Shown one piece after another: positions 13,377-26,002 of a stretch of 64,000 bases of DNA. The notes beneath the pieces are model-generated. The model was given only the letters and a program-made list of their open reading frames with translations, had not been told where the DNA came from and made no database searches. Made by a program: the position numbers and the translations under genes. Position 1 is the first letter of the stretch; each line of letters opens with the position of its first letter. This DNA is from Lytechinus pictus. Lineage: Eukaryota. The stretch is taken from the NCBI RefSeq assembly GCF_037042905.1, contig NC_087252.1, positions 14,820,001 through 14,884,000 on the forward strand. Direction: 5' to 3'.

Positions 13377-16300
13377 TAGACGAGTCAATATATGGTTTGG
13401 CCGGAACACATTGCAACATAACGTTTTTCAACTGTTTTGGGCAGTATTTGACCTCAGGAATAACATGCTAAAAATCTACCAAAATCCGCATGCGGGAAAA
13501 TAGTTATTTTCAAGATGGTGTCCAAGGTGGCCACCATTCACTGAAAATGGATATAACTCACTCATTATCAACCCCAGAGTCATATATCGGTTCATATTTC
13601 ATGGTCCAGTGGGTAAAATCCAAGATGTCGCCCAAAATAGCTGCCGTAGGCTAAAAATCATTTGGCTTTAATTTGGTTTCTATTCAATGGTTTTGAGGGT
13701 GAAGTAGTACATCGGGACAAGTTACAATGACAGCCAGTGGTCTGGTGTGTCAAAAATTCCAAGATGGGCTTCCAAAAATTTAGTTTAAAATGGCTTTCGA
13801 TACTTGAAATAGACATAGGTCATATCATATCCACCTGGGAGATATGATTTTAGTGTCGAGACCATGGTTTCAATTGTCAAATAATACATTGGAACAAGTT
13901 ACAAGGACAGTCCATTGTCCGATAAGGTAAAAAAGAAAATTTGAGTAAAAAATCAACCAAAACCCAGTTTGTTCAATATCTGGGAATATGATTTATGTGC
14001 ATTAACCATGGTTGAATGTTTAAAATAATATATTGGGATAAGTTACAAGGACAATCGGTGGTCAAGTACATGTATGTCCAAGGGTCCACGGTAGCTTTAA
14101 AAAAATAGTATAAAATAGCCGCAGTTACTTACAAATTGACATAGTTCGTTTAATATCCGTCAGTGATTTCGATGTCTAAACCATGCTTTTAAAAGTTGGA
14201 AAATTAGTTACAATGACAGTCAGTGGTCCAGTATATCGAAAATCTAAATGGCTTCCAAAAATCTAAAATGACTGCTGTTACTTAAAAATGGACATAGTTC
14301 ATTTAAAATCCACCAAGGAGATATGATTTTGGTGTCCACGCTATGGTTTCATGGTTAAAATAATACTTTGGACTGGTCACATTGATATGCAGTTGTGTTT
14401 GCCTAGAAATCCAAGAGGGTTTTCAAAAAAGGCATCTAAACCACTTATATCACTCAATAATGGTCAGAGTTCTATAATATCATCTGTGAGAAATAATGTT
14501 CGTGTCTAAACTGTGGTATGAAAGGTCAAAAAGTACATTTGGACAAGTAACAAGGATGGTTAGCATTCCATTTTCTCAAAAAATCCAAGGTAGATTCTAA
14601 AATTTCATAAAAATGGGTGCTGTTACCAACTCATAAAACAATATGAAAACTTATCAATATGCGTTCAAGTGTACGCACCAAAGTTATTTTCTCACAGGTT
14701 GATATTGTATGAACAATGTCCACTTTTAAGTAACAGCAGTCACTTTAGAACCAATTTTCTGAAGCTAACTTGGATTTTATTGCACAATAGACAACTGCAT
14801 ATCATGGTAACCAGTCCCAAAGTATTTCTTACCCTTGAAATCCTAGTGTAGACACCAAAATAATATCCCCAGGTGTATTTGTAATGTTCCTTATCCACTT
14901 AAAACAATAAGACCCAATTATTAAGCCATCTTCTATTCTCGAACATGCTTCACACCTGACTGCCCTTTCAAACTAGCCCAATGTATTACTTGACCTTTAA
15001 ACTCTAATGTACTGACACCAACATCATATCTCCAAGATGTATTTCAAATAAACTATGTCTACTTTTAAGTATTTAAGTTTTTTAACATTCCAGACCACTG
15101 ACTGTTCTTGTAACTTACTCTAATGTATTACTTGACCATTTTAACCATGATTTAGACAGCAAACTCATATTCCCCAGCCAGATATCGAGCAAACTATGTC
15201 CTTTGCTAAGTAACATCAGACATTTCTTTACTCCATTTTTGGAAACCATCATGGAATTCTGGACATACTAGACCAGTGACTGTCATTGTAACTTGTTCTA
15301 ATATATAATTTGACAATTGAAACCAGAGCTTAGACACCACCAAAGTCATGTCTCACAGGCGGATACAAAATGAGCTATGCTATAATTTCATGTATCAGCA
15401 GCCATTTAAGAATGATTTTTTGGAATCCATATTGGATTTTTTTATCATACCAGACCACTGAATGTCCTTAAATCTTGTCCTTATGTATTATTTGACCCTT
15501 GAAACCAGTGGTTTGGACACCAAAATCGCATCTTCCAGGCCGATATTAAATAAGCTATGTTCGTTTTAACTATCAGCAGCCAATTAAGAATCAATTTTGG
15601 AAAGCCATCTTAGATTTGTTGCCATACAGTGCAGTCAGACCGCAGGTCCCTATGCTAATGAGAAAAAAGGCCAGATTCATCCAAATCATCTCGTGGCTAA
15701 ATCCCCCTCCTTGCAAAATCTCGTGATTCGTGAGATTTTCTTTCTCTAAGAATTTACCTGTTTTAACCTCAAGTTAAATGAAATATTATTGCACCATCAG
15801 ATAGAGTAAAAGTTACTCTTTCATATTGGTAATTTATTTTGTATACAATATTTTGTTAAATAAGTAAATTTCTGGCCTGAAATTGTGCCTCAAAACTGAA
15901 TTTTCTTCCTGTTTTCTTTTGCAAATTGTGCAAAACTTTTTATTTTGAGCCTCAATGATATCTATATCACCATAAAGCTGAACTTCTGTACTTTCTCACA
16001 ATGACACTCTTGATATGCGGCACCTTTTAATCGGGTCAAGATCACACTTTTCCCACCAAGGTACAAGACGAGATTTCTGAAATTTTGTACTTGCATGAAA
16101 TCCAGAGTTCTGATTGGCTGGATAAGGTTCACAGAACAACAGGCGCGGGGTATTTGAGGAGATTACCACGTGGGAAGTGTGACCTTCCCACGAACCCAGG
16201 CACTGCAACCGTTGGAATTTGCCATTGTGTGGTCTTTTTGACCAATCAGAGTGCAGTATACTTGTTTTCAAGCTGCTTTATGTACTTGGCAAATGAAAAG

Positions 16301-17506
16301 TGTGATCTTGACCCGATTAAACCAATTCTTATTTTGAAACCTATATCATTTCAAAGCATACATATTCAGCTTTATCATGATATAAAAATCATTTGGGCTC
16401 AAACAAAAATAAAGTGTAAAAATAACAGCTTTTGTCAGGTGAAAATATTTATTTTGTAGCATATTTTAGATCAAAATTTTAACCTATATTACAAAATCTT
16501 TGAATAAATCCAAACACATGACCTGAAAGAATGATTCTTCTTCTTTACAATGGTACCAAATTCATGAAATTCGATGCATAATTAGAGCAGCAATGACCGA
16601 ATGAAAAGAGGTGTTTTGGTCCGCATCAAGCTCATTAAATATGCAAAACATCTCAAGTCATGAATATCACTTGGATGAAAGAAGCCACTTTCTTGGGACC
16701 TGCAGTCTGACTGAGTGGCACTGACTGTCCCTGCAACTTGTCCCAATATATTATTTGACCCATTTAACCATGTTATAGACACAAAATTATATTTCTGGAT
16801 ATTAAGCAAAATAGGTCGGGGTTTTTTAAGTAGCAACAGCAATTTTAGACGCCAATTTTGGAAGCCATCTTGGATTTTTTAACATACTCGACCACTGACT
16901 GTCCTTGTAACTTGTCCCAATGTATTATTTGACGATTGAAAACATAGTCTAACACCAAAATCGTATTCCCAGGCGGATATGAAATGACTGTCCATTTAAA
17001 TCATCAACAGCCATTTTAAACTCCATTTTTGGAAGCCATCTTGGAATTTTCGAACACACCAGACCATTGGCTGTCCTTTTAACTTGTTCCAGTGTACTAC
17101 TTTACCCTTAAAACCATTGAATAGAAACTTAAGTAAGTGATATATTATTGTGGATTTTTAGCCTACGGCAGCCATTTTGGGCGCCATCTTGGATTTGCCA
17201 GGTACACTGCATGGAGTGCTTATATTCACTCTAGCCTGTATTAACAAATTTGTTTACCCCCTAGACCATGAAAAATGAACCGAAATACGATTCTAGGGTG
17301 GATAATGATTAAGTTATATCCATTTTTAGTGATTGGTGGCCATCCTAGACGCCATCTTGAAAATAATCATGTTCCTGGATGCAGTTTTTGGTAGATATTT
17401 AGTCTGTTATTCCTGAGGTCAAATAGTACCAAAAAACCGTTGAAAAAATAATTTGTTGCGATTTGTTCCGGGTAAGGGTATTTTTGGTCGTATATTGTTC
17501 CGTCTA
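13377..17506. mobile_element. Large non-autonomous TIR element with TAGAC...GTCTA ends (Academ-like), copy 1
   Basis: Termini TAGACGAGTCAATATA / TATATTGTTCCGTCTA; long inverted arms built from subrepeats (CCAAGATGGC/GCCATCTTGG). Flanks ttg/tta. Homologous to 33582-48518. Confidence 0.75.
15632..16713. mobile_element. CAGTCAG-terminated non-autonomous TIR element, copy 1 (nested)
   Basis: TIR CAGTCAGACCGCAGGTCCC / GGGACCTGCAGTCTGACTG; 4-bp TSD AGTG. Body is homologous to 38907-39427 + 43471-44031. Confidence 0.8.
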
Positions 17507-19069
17507 TTAGTATTGTCACTTATAAAGCATACAAAATGGATTTACCACTTGGGTTTCCCGTAACTGGCCTGCTTGATTGCGGCTGGGCTGGCCTCATAGG
17601 TTCGTCAACTCTATCTATACAGTATATTAAAATAACAATGACAATAGCTAACGTTAACGAAATAATACCTTATTTATAGCATCAATAAACCAATTAAAGG
17701 GCTACTCCAGAATGAAAAAATGATTTCATTTGAACAGATCAAACATAAACAATGAAGATTTCATCAAAATCGGACAAGGAATAACAAAACTATGAAATTA
17801 AAAAAAAATTATTCATCATTTTTGTTAAACAGCTCTTTGTTCGTCCTTTAAGTTATTCCCATTTTTTTCTTTTGTATTTTATTTGAAATTAGGCATGATC
17901 CAATATTGTCCTCCAAGAATGACAAAAATTGGATTGACTACTGATTAAATGTGTAAAATATCAATTGCTCCAACTTAATTTTGTAACAAGGGAGACATCT
18001 GATACATACATGTATGAAAATATGTAATAATTATTATTTGATAAAATAACATACAGGGAAATAAAAGTGGAAACATGACATCATTAGCCCACTTTACTAC
18101 TCTTTAATTTTTCTATTTGTTATCAGATTTTTGATGAAATTCTCAGCATTTTTTTGGGGTGAATTTCACTTTATTTTCAGCCCAAAGAATCCATTTATTT
18201 ATGATGATCATGCATATGTATATTGTAAAACGTATAACAACATATGCAGTAGATTTTGCCAGTTAATGTTAATGTCAAGTTTGTTAACACACATTTATTT
18301 ATATATTTTAATTGTGTATAATTTATGGATGTGTATAGGTATAGGATTGTGTCTCTGTGTGTGTTAATATATTTAGTTAATCTAATTCAGCCTATTTCTG
18401 TTACTATGTTTTACCTGCTTATCTCTCTTGTTATAAATCCGAGCTGTATTTACAAGCATTTTTCTTGTTGATTGTCAGGCATTATTATATTCACCTTTTT
18501 CACCTAATTTCCTAAGATTATTTACATATACATGTACATTGTACTTTGTAATGTACATGTACTTTGTATTGATGTTCACTATATGTATATAACTTTAGTC
18601 TTGCTTTATCAGCTTTGTTTCTTTTTACTATACATGTTTGCGTATATTGTTATTTTGTATTATTACAAAGGGCATCATGAAAACCAGTATCTCTGCTGAT
18701 TGGGTTGCCCTTTTTAAATATATGCAATAAATAAAACAAAATAAATAAATAACACCAGCAAAGACAAAATCGATATAATACAATGTTTGAAGAAAAAAAA
18801 TTACTTATTCATATGATTATGCTCATTTTATTTTAATTACAGGAGTCTTAGTTCTACAATAATGAATATTGTCCTATTCATGCCTCTAAGAAAGTAATGT
18901 TGATAACGAGGGAAATGATCGTAAAATCGTTACCATCATGTCCATGCTTCTCCAAATTCTCCTCATTTTTTTCCAACAATGTCATTATCATTATCTATCA
19001 ATTTAATCCTTTATTTTTCTCAATTTTCCTCCTATCCTACAATCATCACATTCCTTTTTATTCCTTTAA

Positions 19070-20004
19070 GGACGTTCCACAGTTAAAGTGAAATCCATGT
19101 CATTTTCACCAAACTTTGCACATAGATACTTTAGAACCTTAATATTCGAAATATGCAAAAATTAACATAGGTCCATGTGCTTGATTTTTTGCTATAGAGC
19201 TTCAAAGTTCACCCAAATTGATGTTTTTAAGAATTGCGCATTCAAAAGAATTTGGCATTTTTAGACCGCCCAAGATTACTACAATGAGTTTAAACCTCTA
19301 TTACTCAGTCAAAATACATGAAAAAGTCATCAAATTTCGCAAGAGAGTTAATAATTGTATCGTTAGAATGGAGAATATATTTATAGTGCTATTTGTTTGC
19401 AATTTTAAGTTTAACAGCACTGTCAGTTCTTAAAAATGGCGTAAAAGATAACAAAATCCCAATCTAAAAAATGTAAAATTTTAGTAACAAACTACAAACG
19501 TACAATAAATGCTGCACTTTATTAAAAATCCATGTCATTTTCACAAAAATTTGCAGAGTTGTAGAGGAAGGTATACCTAAGAGGTACAAACATAAAAAAA
19601 TAGGGGTTCATGTGCTTGTTTTTAAACTATCACCATTTTTATTAGAGCAAATGTGCTTTTTAAAACACCAAAAATGCGCCGAATGCTTAGTATCTATGTG
19701 AAGAAAAAATCAAAACCACTCTACCATTTATTCAAACTCGGGCTAATATTCGTGATTCTTGGCAGCACTGCAGAGTAAAGTATTTTGAAATTGTAGAGAA
19801 TATTTTTTTAATGGTCCATGGGATAATTCCATTTTTTATATTCATGAAATAACGCATCGGATCTGCAGTTAAAGTGCAGAAGATGAGAAAAATCAGCTCA
19901 TACCCGCAGCTAATTAATCACCTGTTCATCCATTGTGACGTCAGCGCGCAGAGTGTAAATTATGCGCAGATCATAATGTGCACAAACATAACTGTGGAAC
20001 GTCC
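19070..20004. mobile_element. TTAA-flanked non-autonomous DNA transposon
   Basis: ttaa|GGACGTTCCACAGTTA...TAACTGTGGAACGTCC|ttaa, a perfect 16-bp TIR. Confidence 0.8.
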
Positions 20005-20694
20005 TTAAACAAAATTTTTTATTATTCCTTATATTATTGTAGTTATTCTTGTTTTCAATGGCATATTGTTTTACTGTTAATTTAATCAAAATATTATTGA
20101 CATCCTCATTGTTTATCATCATCATTAATTATCAGAGCAGCAGCATTGTCATTATTGTCTTTAAAATGTTAGATGCTTTATATTTATACAAATGAACAAA
20201 AAATATACAGCTTTTGTTCTGATGAAAATAGAAAAAGAGGGGGAGAAGAGTGTTTAAAGAGAAATTCCAGTAGTTGCAGTAAACACTGATTTCATGAGAA
20301 AGTCTGTAAAACAAGGCTTAATTGTCAGTATATCATCGAGGATCTAGATCTGGTACAGTTACATAAACTGAACTTCGTGAAATCTTGAAATCTACGCTGA
20401 AAAATGTTCAGACTGAAGATCCCCAACACAGATAAGCGCACGTGGGACAGTGCATATTATTGCTTTGAATGTCGGGCCCGACGCTCTACCCAAAATCCTG
20501 TGCTTATTTGCTGATTTCTCAGCAATTACACAATTTCTTCCAGAATCCTTTGGCACATACATTTTATTTATACAAACAGACACTTTGGTGGTCATTTCAT
20601 TGGATTCTGTACGAACTCATTTTGATATCGTTACCAAAACTAGCATTTACCTTTAATATTCTAGAGAGGAAGAGGGAAGAATAATTACCAATAT

Positions 20695-21400
20695 AAACCC
20701 CTCCAAAAAAATCTGTGTTTAGCCATTAATTTCTCCCGACTCCCAATTTTACACAAAGCATGTTTTACATCATTCAAAAGATCATTTAATTTTCTTTAAA
20801 ATGATATCATGCTTATTATAATCACGCCATCACGAAAAGAGCAGGATTCAAAAGTGTTGGATGAGGTCTGAATTGAAAAGCTGCAAGCAAAACGAGCAGA
20901 AATAGTAATGAAGGGTCAATACAGAACATGATTCTTTTGTCTGTGTCAATAGAGATGAAAATCCATTCAAATCAAGCCCCTGCTTCTGCAGTGATGGTTC
21001 TGTCTGTGAGATAATATGGTTTGAGTAGTGGTTTGAAATACCCATGCATGTTTGTTTGTTATGTGTTTGCTTGTGCAGAGGTATGTTTGATTCCATGTTA
21101 ATGTTGATGTTAAGGTGCATGAAAATAATTAAAAGAAACCGCTAAGAAACTCATCGCCACGGAAAAAAGAACAGTGACTTTCAATATTGTGTCTTTTTGC
21201 AACTTTTGAATTTTGACCTTGCCCCACTTTTCAAGGCACTACACCTCTATGTGTACCATAATCATATCATGTAGGGTATCATTTCAAAGAAAATTAAATG
21301 TTCTATTTATTAATATGAATTACACATTGATATTTCTTAAAACCGAGCCGAGGAGGGATGATCGATCAAAGTCAGATTTCCAAAAAATTTTGAGGAGTTT
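20695..21400. repeat. Interspersed repeat, homologous to 30980-32240
   Basis: Extended direct similarity (e.g. GTTGGATGAGGTCTGAATTGAAAAGCTGCA...CAAAGTCAGATTTCCAAA). Confidence 0.8.
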
Positions 21401-21447
21401 ATTATGTAGGTTTCATTGACAAGATTAAAACATTCGATTTCACAAAC

Positions 21448-21737
21448 CTATATTGGAGAAACACTTTTTTACTATGTCATGCCGCTCTTTTTGGGTCAGG
21501 GCGTTTATCAACTTCTTCTTCCATTCTGAAGCCCATTGTCCTCGGTACCATTTTCTCAGCAATGCAAGGGACCCTTCATACGTTGCACCATTCTGGTTTT
21601 TCACCATAGCACTTCCTATATCTGCAACGGTAATCCCTAGTGCTTCTCCGAGGTCCTCTAGTTCCAAATTTTGCCTTGACATTTTGGCAACTTCCTTCAG
21701 AATCTTGTCATCATCTATCTCATCTGGAGACGCCATT
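21448..21737 (-). CDS. Death-domain-like first coding exon, probable prodomain of the caspase gene
   Basis: MASPDEIDDDKILKEVAKMSRQNLELEDLGEALGITVADIGSAMVKNQNGATYEGSLALLRKWYRGQWASEWKKKLINALTQKERHDIVKKCF fits the DD pattern L..VA.......LG..LG....I......LL..W.......L..AL....R.DI. Acceptor ttaatag|A-ATG; donor ATAG|gtttgt (phase 1), compatible with exon 6762. Confidence 0.85.
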
Positions 21738-21774
21738 CTATTAACGATTCAAAAGACAGTTTAATGCTTTAAAA

Positions 21775-22001
21775 TTCAAAGTTCAAAGTTTAAATTTATT
21801 CAAACCAATCAAGAACAAGATACATATTATATAGTTTAACAAAAATGAGAATACATGATAGGTTTGGGACCCCATAGAAGCAGAGCTTGTTAGAGGGGCC
21901 CCTTATAAAGTACATTACAACAATAATGAGATGAAAAAAAAAATATTTACAATTTACAATATCTAAAGACTAAATAGAAAAATACATACAAACACAACAC
22001 G

Positions 22002-22044
<43 letters not shown>

Positions 22045-22480
22045 TTGTTTTATCAAGAATCAATTTAAGATATTTTGTAGTCTTTCAAATAAATATTTTC
22101 GACATGAATTTTTAGATATGGGCAGTGTTGGACTGGATCTAAAGTTTTGTGGTAACTTATTCCATTCTTTTGTACAAACTATCACAAAATAATTCAAAGC
22201 AGTATTTGTTCTTGCAAGTGGCTGGTGGATAAGATTTTTCTGCCGTGTATTGGACAAATGGACATTTGAGTTAAGAACAAATGCATCTTTTAAAAATTAA
22301 CAGTTTTTAGAGGATTGTGATTTGTACATAAATATCAAGCAATTGAAGGAGACTAAATCATCAAGAGGCAAAATCTTCAATTGCAGAAATATAGGAATAC
22401 TTGGACATCTGTAATTCGAATATGTCATGAGCCTCATTACTTTCTTCTGAAGAACTAGCAGTTTGTTTAAATGGTTCCTA
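21775..22480 (-). mobile_element. 3' fragment of a CR1/L2-group LINE
   Basis: Minus-strand peptides LLVLQKKVMRLMT... and ...HQPLART...WNKLP...; short tandem tail (TTCAAAG) at the left end. Confidence 0.7.
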
Positions 22481-23313
22481 AATCAATGGACATATCGTGG
22501 CTGAGTGGTCAAGAAGGGTTAACGATTATAATATATGTATGTATCCGTCTGGATGTCCGTGTTTCGATCCCCAACACATCACATGGCCCTGAGTTATCAT
22601 TATCGGATTTAAAATCAATGAAAATGCTGAAATAGTACCAACATTACCCTCTATGCGTGTGTTTTTTTTAAGAAAAAGTTTTCTTTAAGTTTTATAAATT
22701 TCCAATTCACTAGCTCTACTACCTTATTATGACTTTATGATATAGGCCTACTGTTACAGTGTGGACTAAAAAAAGCGTTTTAGTGTATTTCGCAGTTTTC
22801 TCTTAGATACATAGTCATTTTTTTAATCCATAATGATCAACTGATGTTGGGGGATATCTGTGCTTAATTTGAGTTTCTAGTGATAAAATTATATATTTTT
22901 AACTTAATTTTTGTTTTCGGGTACGTGGTGAATTAAGGATATTTCAGTCATTTTAGACGCCATTTCATATCATTTCATATTTTCTACAGATTTCAAATCT
23001 TTTTGGAATTTCATTCGATACATTTAAAATCTGTTTACATATCAAGAGACACTTGAGGAATGAGCATTCATAAATTGGCGACCAATTTAGACGCCATCTT
23101 GGATTGTGGAAAAAGCTCAAAGTGGACTCATGGGTACTTTTACAATGGAAGTCTAGTAATATTCCCGAACCTACCCTGACTGAATACATCAACCTGCACA
23201 CCAGAAATGACCAGGTTTAAGCGACAATGTTTAGTGGCCGAAAAAACATGAAACACCTCCCCCTCCCACGTCATCTTTGTAGGGTGGTTCATAACTGAGC
23301 GTTAAATCCTTAA

Positions 23314-23914
23314 AGGGATGGTCCGGGCTTAAAATATTTATATCTGAATAAGTAGAGTAAAATTCACAAAGTAAAATGCTGAAAGATTCATTAGAATCGG
23401 ATAACAGATAACGAAGTTATGGAATTTTAAAGTTTATCGAGATTTTGTGAAAACAGTTATATGCACGTCGTCATGAATATTCATTAGATGTGCTGATAAT
23501 TTCACATCCCCTCTCTCATTTTTCTTTTGTTATTACATGAAATCATAAATGTTTCATTTTTCATATATGTGTAAATTGGTGTGTCTCCATTATGATGAAA
23601 TGAAATGCAGCAATAAATAACTAATTCACTTAATAAGTTGTCAGACCAATTGTTTTAGTTCTTGGTAGAAAATTTTGAATAAACATAATTTCATATAATA
23701 AAATACAAAAGAACTTTTGGGGATATGACATCATCAACCCGCCTAATCAATATTCATAAAGAATGCCCAGAACTGTTTTACTGGAATAATGCAACCTTTA
23801 AAATTCAATAACTTCGTTATTTGTTATCAGATTTTGATCAAATTTTCAGCATTTTGCTTTGCGGATTTTACTCTATTTATTGAGATATAAATATTTCCAG
23901 CCTGGAATATCCCT
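23314..23914. mobile_element. TTAA-flanked MITE (Kolobok-like)
   Basis: ttaa|AGGGATGGTCCGGGCT...AGCCTGGAATATCCCT|ttaa with long imperfect TIRs. Confidence 0.75.
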
Positions 23915-24418
23915 TTAATCACTTTGGTGCGAATGGCTGCCATGTGCGTTTATTAGAGCACCAAACATACTGCGTCATGTACTTGCACAAAGACATGACA
24001 GATGCACAAGCACACCCAAACACATGAACCCACTTGTCGACGTCACGATGTATATACATTATCTATACTCGGATAGCGGCCATCATGGACGCCCAAAATA
24101 TACCTCTTTCCCATATTCGGGAATGACATTCCTGAGGTCCAACAATGAACCGTTAAATATATTTTATGTTGTTGCAAATTTGTACTGGTCAAACGTTATT
24201 GACAATGTTGCATGGTCTTCTAATAAAAAACGATATGTGTTTCATCACCTTGCTCTTGCCTGTCAGAACAAAGTGATAATACAAGTTAATTGAATTTCAT
24301 TCGATAAAATGTTAAATCCCAAGGTGGCATATGATGAAAAAATAGATTAAGATGATAATTCTTAAAGGATGATACTGTGCAGCTAACAAAACATTTGCCA
24401 TCAGAGACAAATACTCAC

Positions 24419-24500
24419 TTTATTAATTATTAATCCTCTGCCCACTGTCTTCAGCTAGCCGTGGTTGTCGTGTGATGTGTCACACAAAATGCCCTATACA
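24419..24500 (-). other. Candidate non-coding first exon of the DD-caspase gene
   Basis: Consensus donor (aataaa|gtgagt) at 24418-24413 in non-repetitive sequence upstream of the acceptor-preceded ATG exon. The 5' boundary is a guess. Confidence 0.35.
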
Positions 24501-25769
24501 CTGCTATCAATATCTAAAATATTGTGCAGATGACGTCTGTTCATAAACTGCAGTGGGGAACTTTGTTCCCACCGCCAATTATAAACGGGTTATTGTCACG
24601 GTCGAAAAGATTTCAATGCAACTATCTTCTTTAGCTTCGCCCTGTGGAAGAACAGTCTGTTGCCTGTTAATGTAATAATTGAATGAAATTAACAAAAACC
24701 TCTTCTTAATGAGGGGAGGGGGCATTTATGCTTGTTATGCCCAATCGAGGCATGTTTATCAGTCATATTCACTGGTGTCAATAATCCTAGTGGTCGGAAT
24801 GGAAAAAAAACACTGGAATTTAAGTAGATTCTGTTTTCTTTAATGGTCTAACGTTAAGAGATTTTTTCATGGTTATCTGCATCTTGTTAGCTATTAATTT
24901 ATCAATGTATGTTCTGAAATATGAGTGCAAAAACACCAGATACAGAAAAGAGTGTAATGGACGGAAAAGTGCTGCAAATATGGATACCATCTAACTCGGT
25001 CCCGCCGAGTTGTCCATTATCGGATCGCTGCTTTGTTGACAAATGATTGTATTGAATACAAATTAATGAAATGAATTTAGACTATGATTTCACAGTTTAT
25101 TTGTGTATTCTCGTATCAACCTTACCATAGTGTTTGGGTTAGGGTTAGGTTTAAGGTTAGTTAAACGTTCGGGGTAAGTTTTTACGATGGACAACTCGGC
25201 ACCTAATTTTTCGGCTGGTTCAAGTTGTCTCAAGCACCGAGAACACATGGACCTTACATTGTATAGGCCTATGTTGGAGCTTTAGTAAATAAACCATTTA
25301 GAAAACTATAAATGTAGTCGTTTTTGTTCATATAATGACTATTTTTGTTTTGCCGAATATCTATATTAACGAATATAACATTCGCTTTATTGTTTATGCT
25401 TATCGTTTTTGTTCCAAGAACACATGACATAACCAGAAACCTAACAATATATATGTACATAATAAAATAAACAATAACCAATGCCGGGGGATTACCTAAA
25501 TTAAAACGTCATTTTTGTAAGAAGCCCTTCCTCATTAGTTGTAATAAAATAAATGTGGAAAGACATGCTCTAGGCGTTCGCCGGCAAAACATTAAATTAT
25601 TAGTTTTCCCAAAAAACTGATAGATTCTGTTAATATTTGGAACTGAAACTAGTGGAAACGGTACTATTACTAACCCTGAACCTTTTCCAGCACATCTTGA
25701 TATGTATGACGAATGGCGGAAAGACAACAATGATGATGAAAATCTATATTTTTTTTTAATTGTTCGAAA

Positions 25770-26002
25770 TAGACATGAAATGAAATACTCCGAAAATTTG
25801 CTTTGCCAAATTGATCGTGGGCCCAGCAGCCGTTGTGCAGTACCAGATCGACGAGACTCTATCCCTTTAATCGTTGAACGCCAAACAGGGTAGCAGCAAC
25901 TCCCATCTTTTAACGTATTTTGGTCTGACGCGGCCGGGGTTTGAACCCCCGACCTCCCGTTTGTGAGACGGACGCTCTACCAACTGAGCCAACACACCGG
26001 TC
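25770..26002 (-). mobile_element. tRNA-derived SINE
   Basis: Minus strand has an A box (TGGCTCAGTTGG) and a B box (GGTTCAAACCC), followed by a non-tRNA body rather than an acceptor stem and terminator. Confidence 0.75.

Noticed and set aside
13377..17506. CRISPR-like or satellite interpretation of the recurring GCCATCTTGG units
   Set aside because: The units are degenerate subrepeats in inverted arms of a TIR element in a eukaryotic genome; there are no unique spacers or cas genes.
25930..26002. tRNA gene
   Set aside because: A and B boxes are present, but the acceptor stem is poor and the sequence continues into a SINE-like body.
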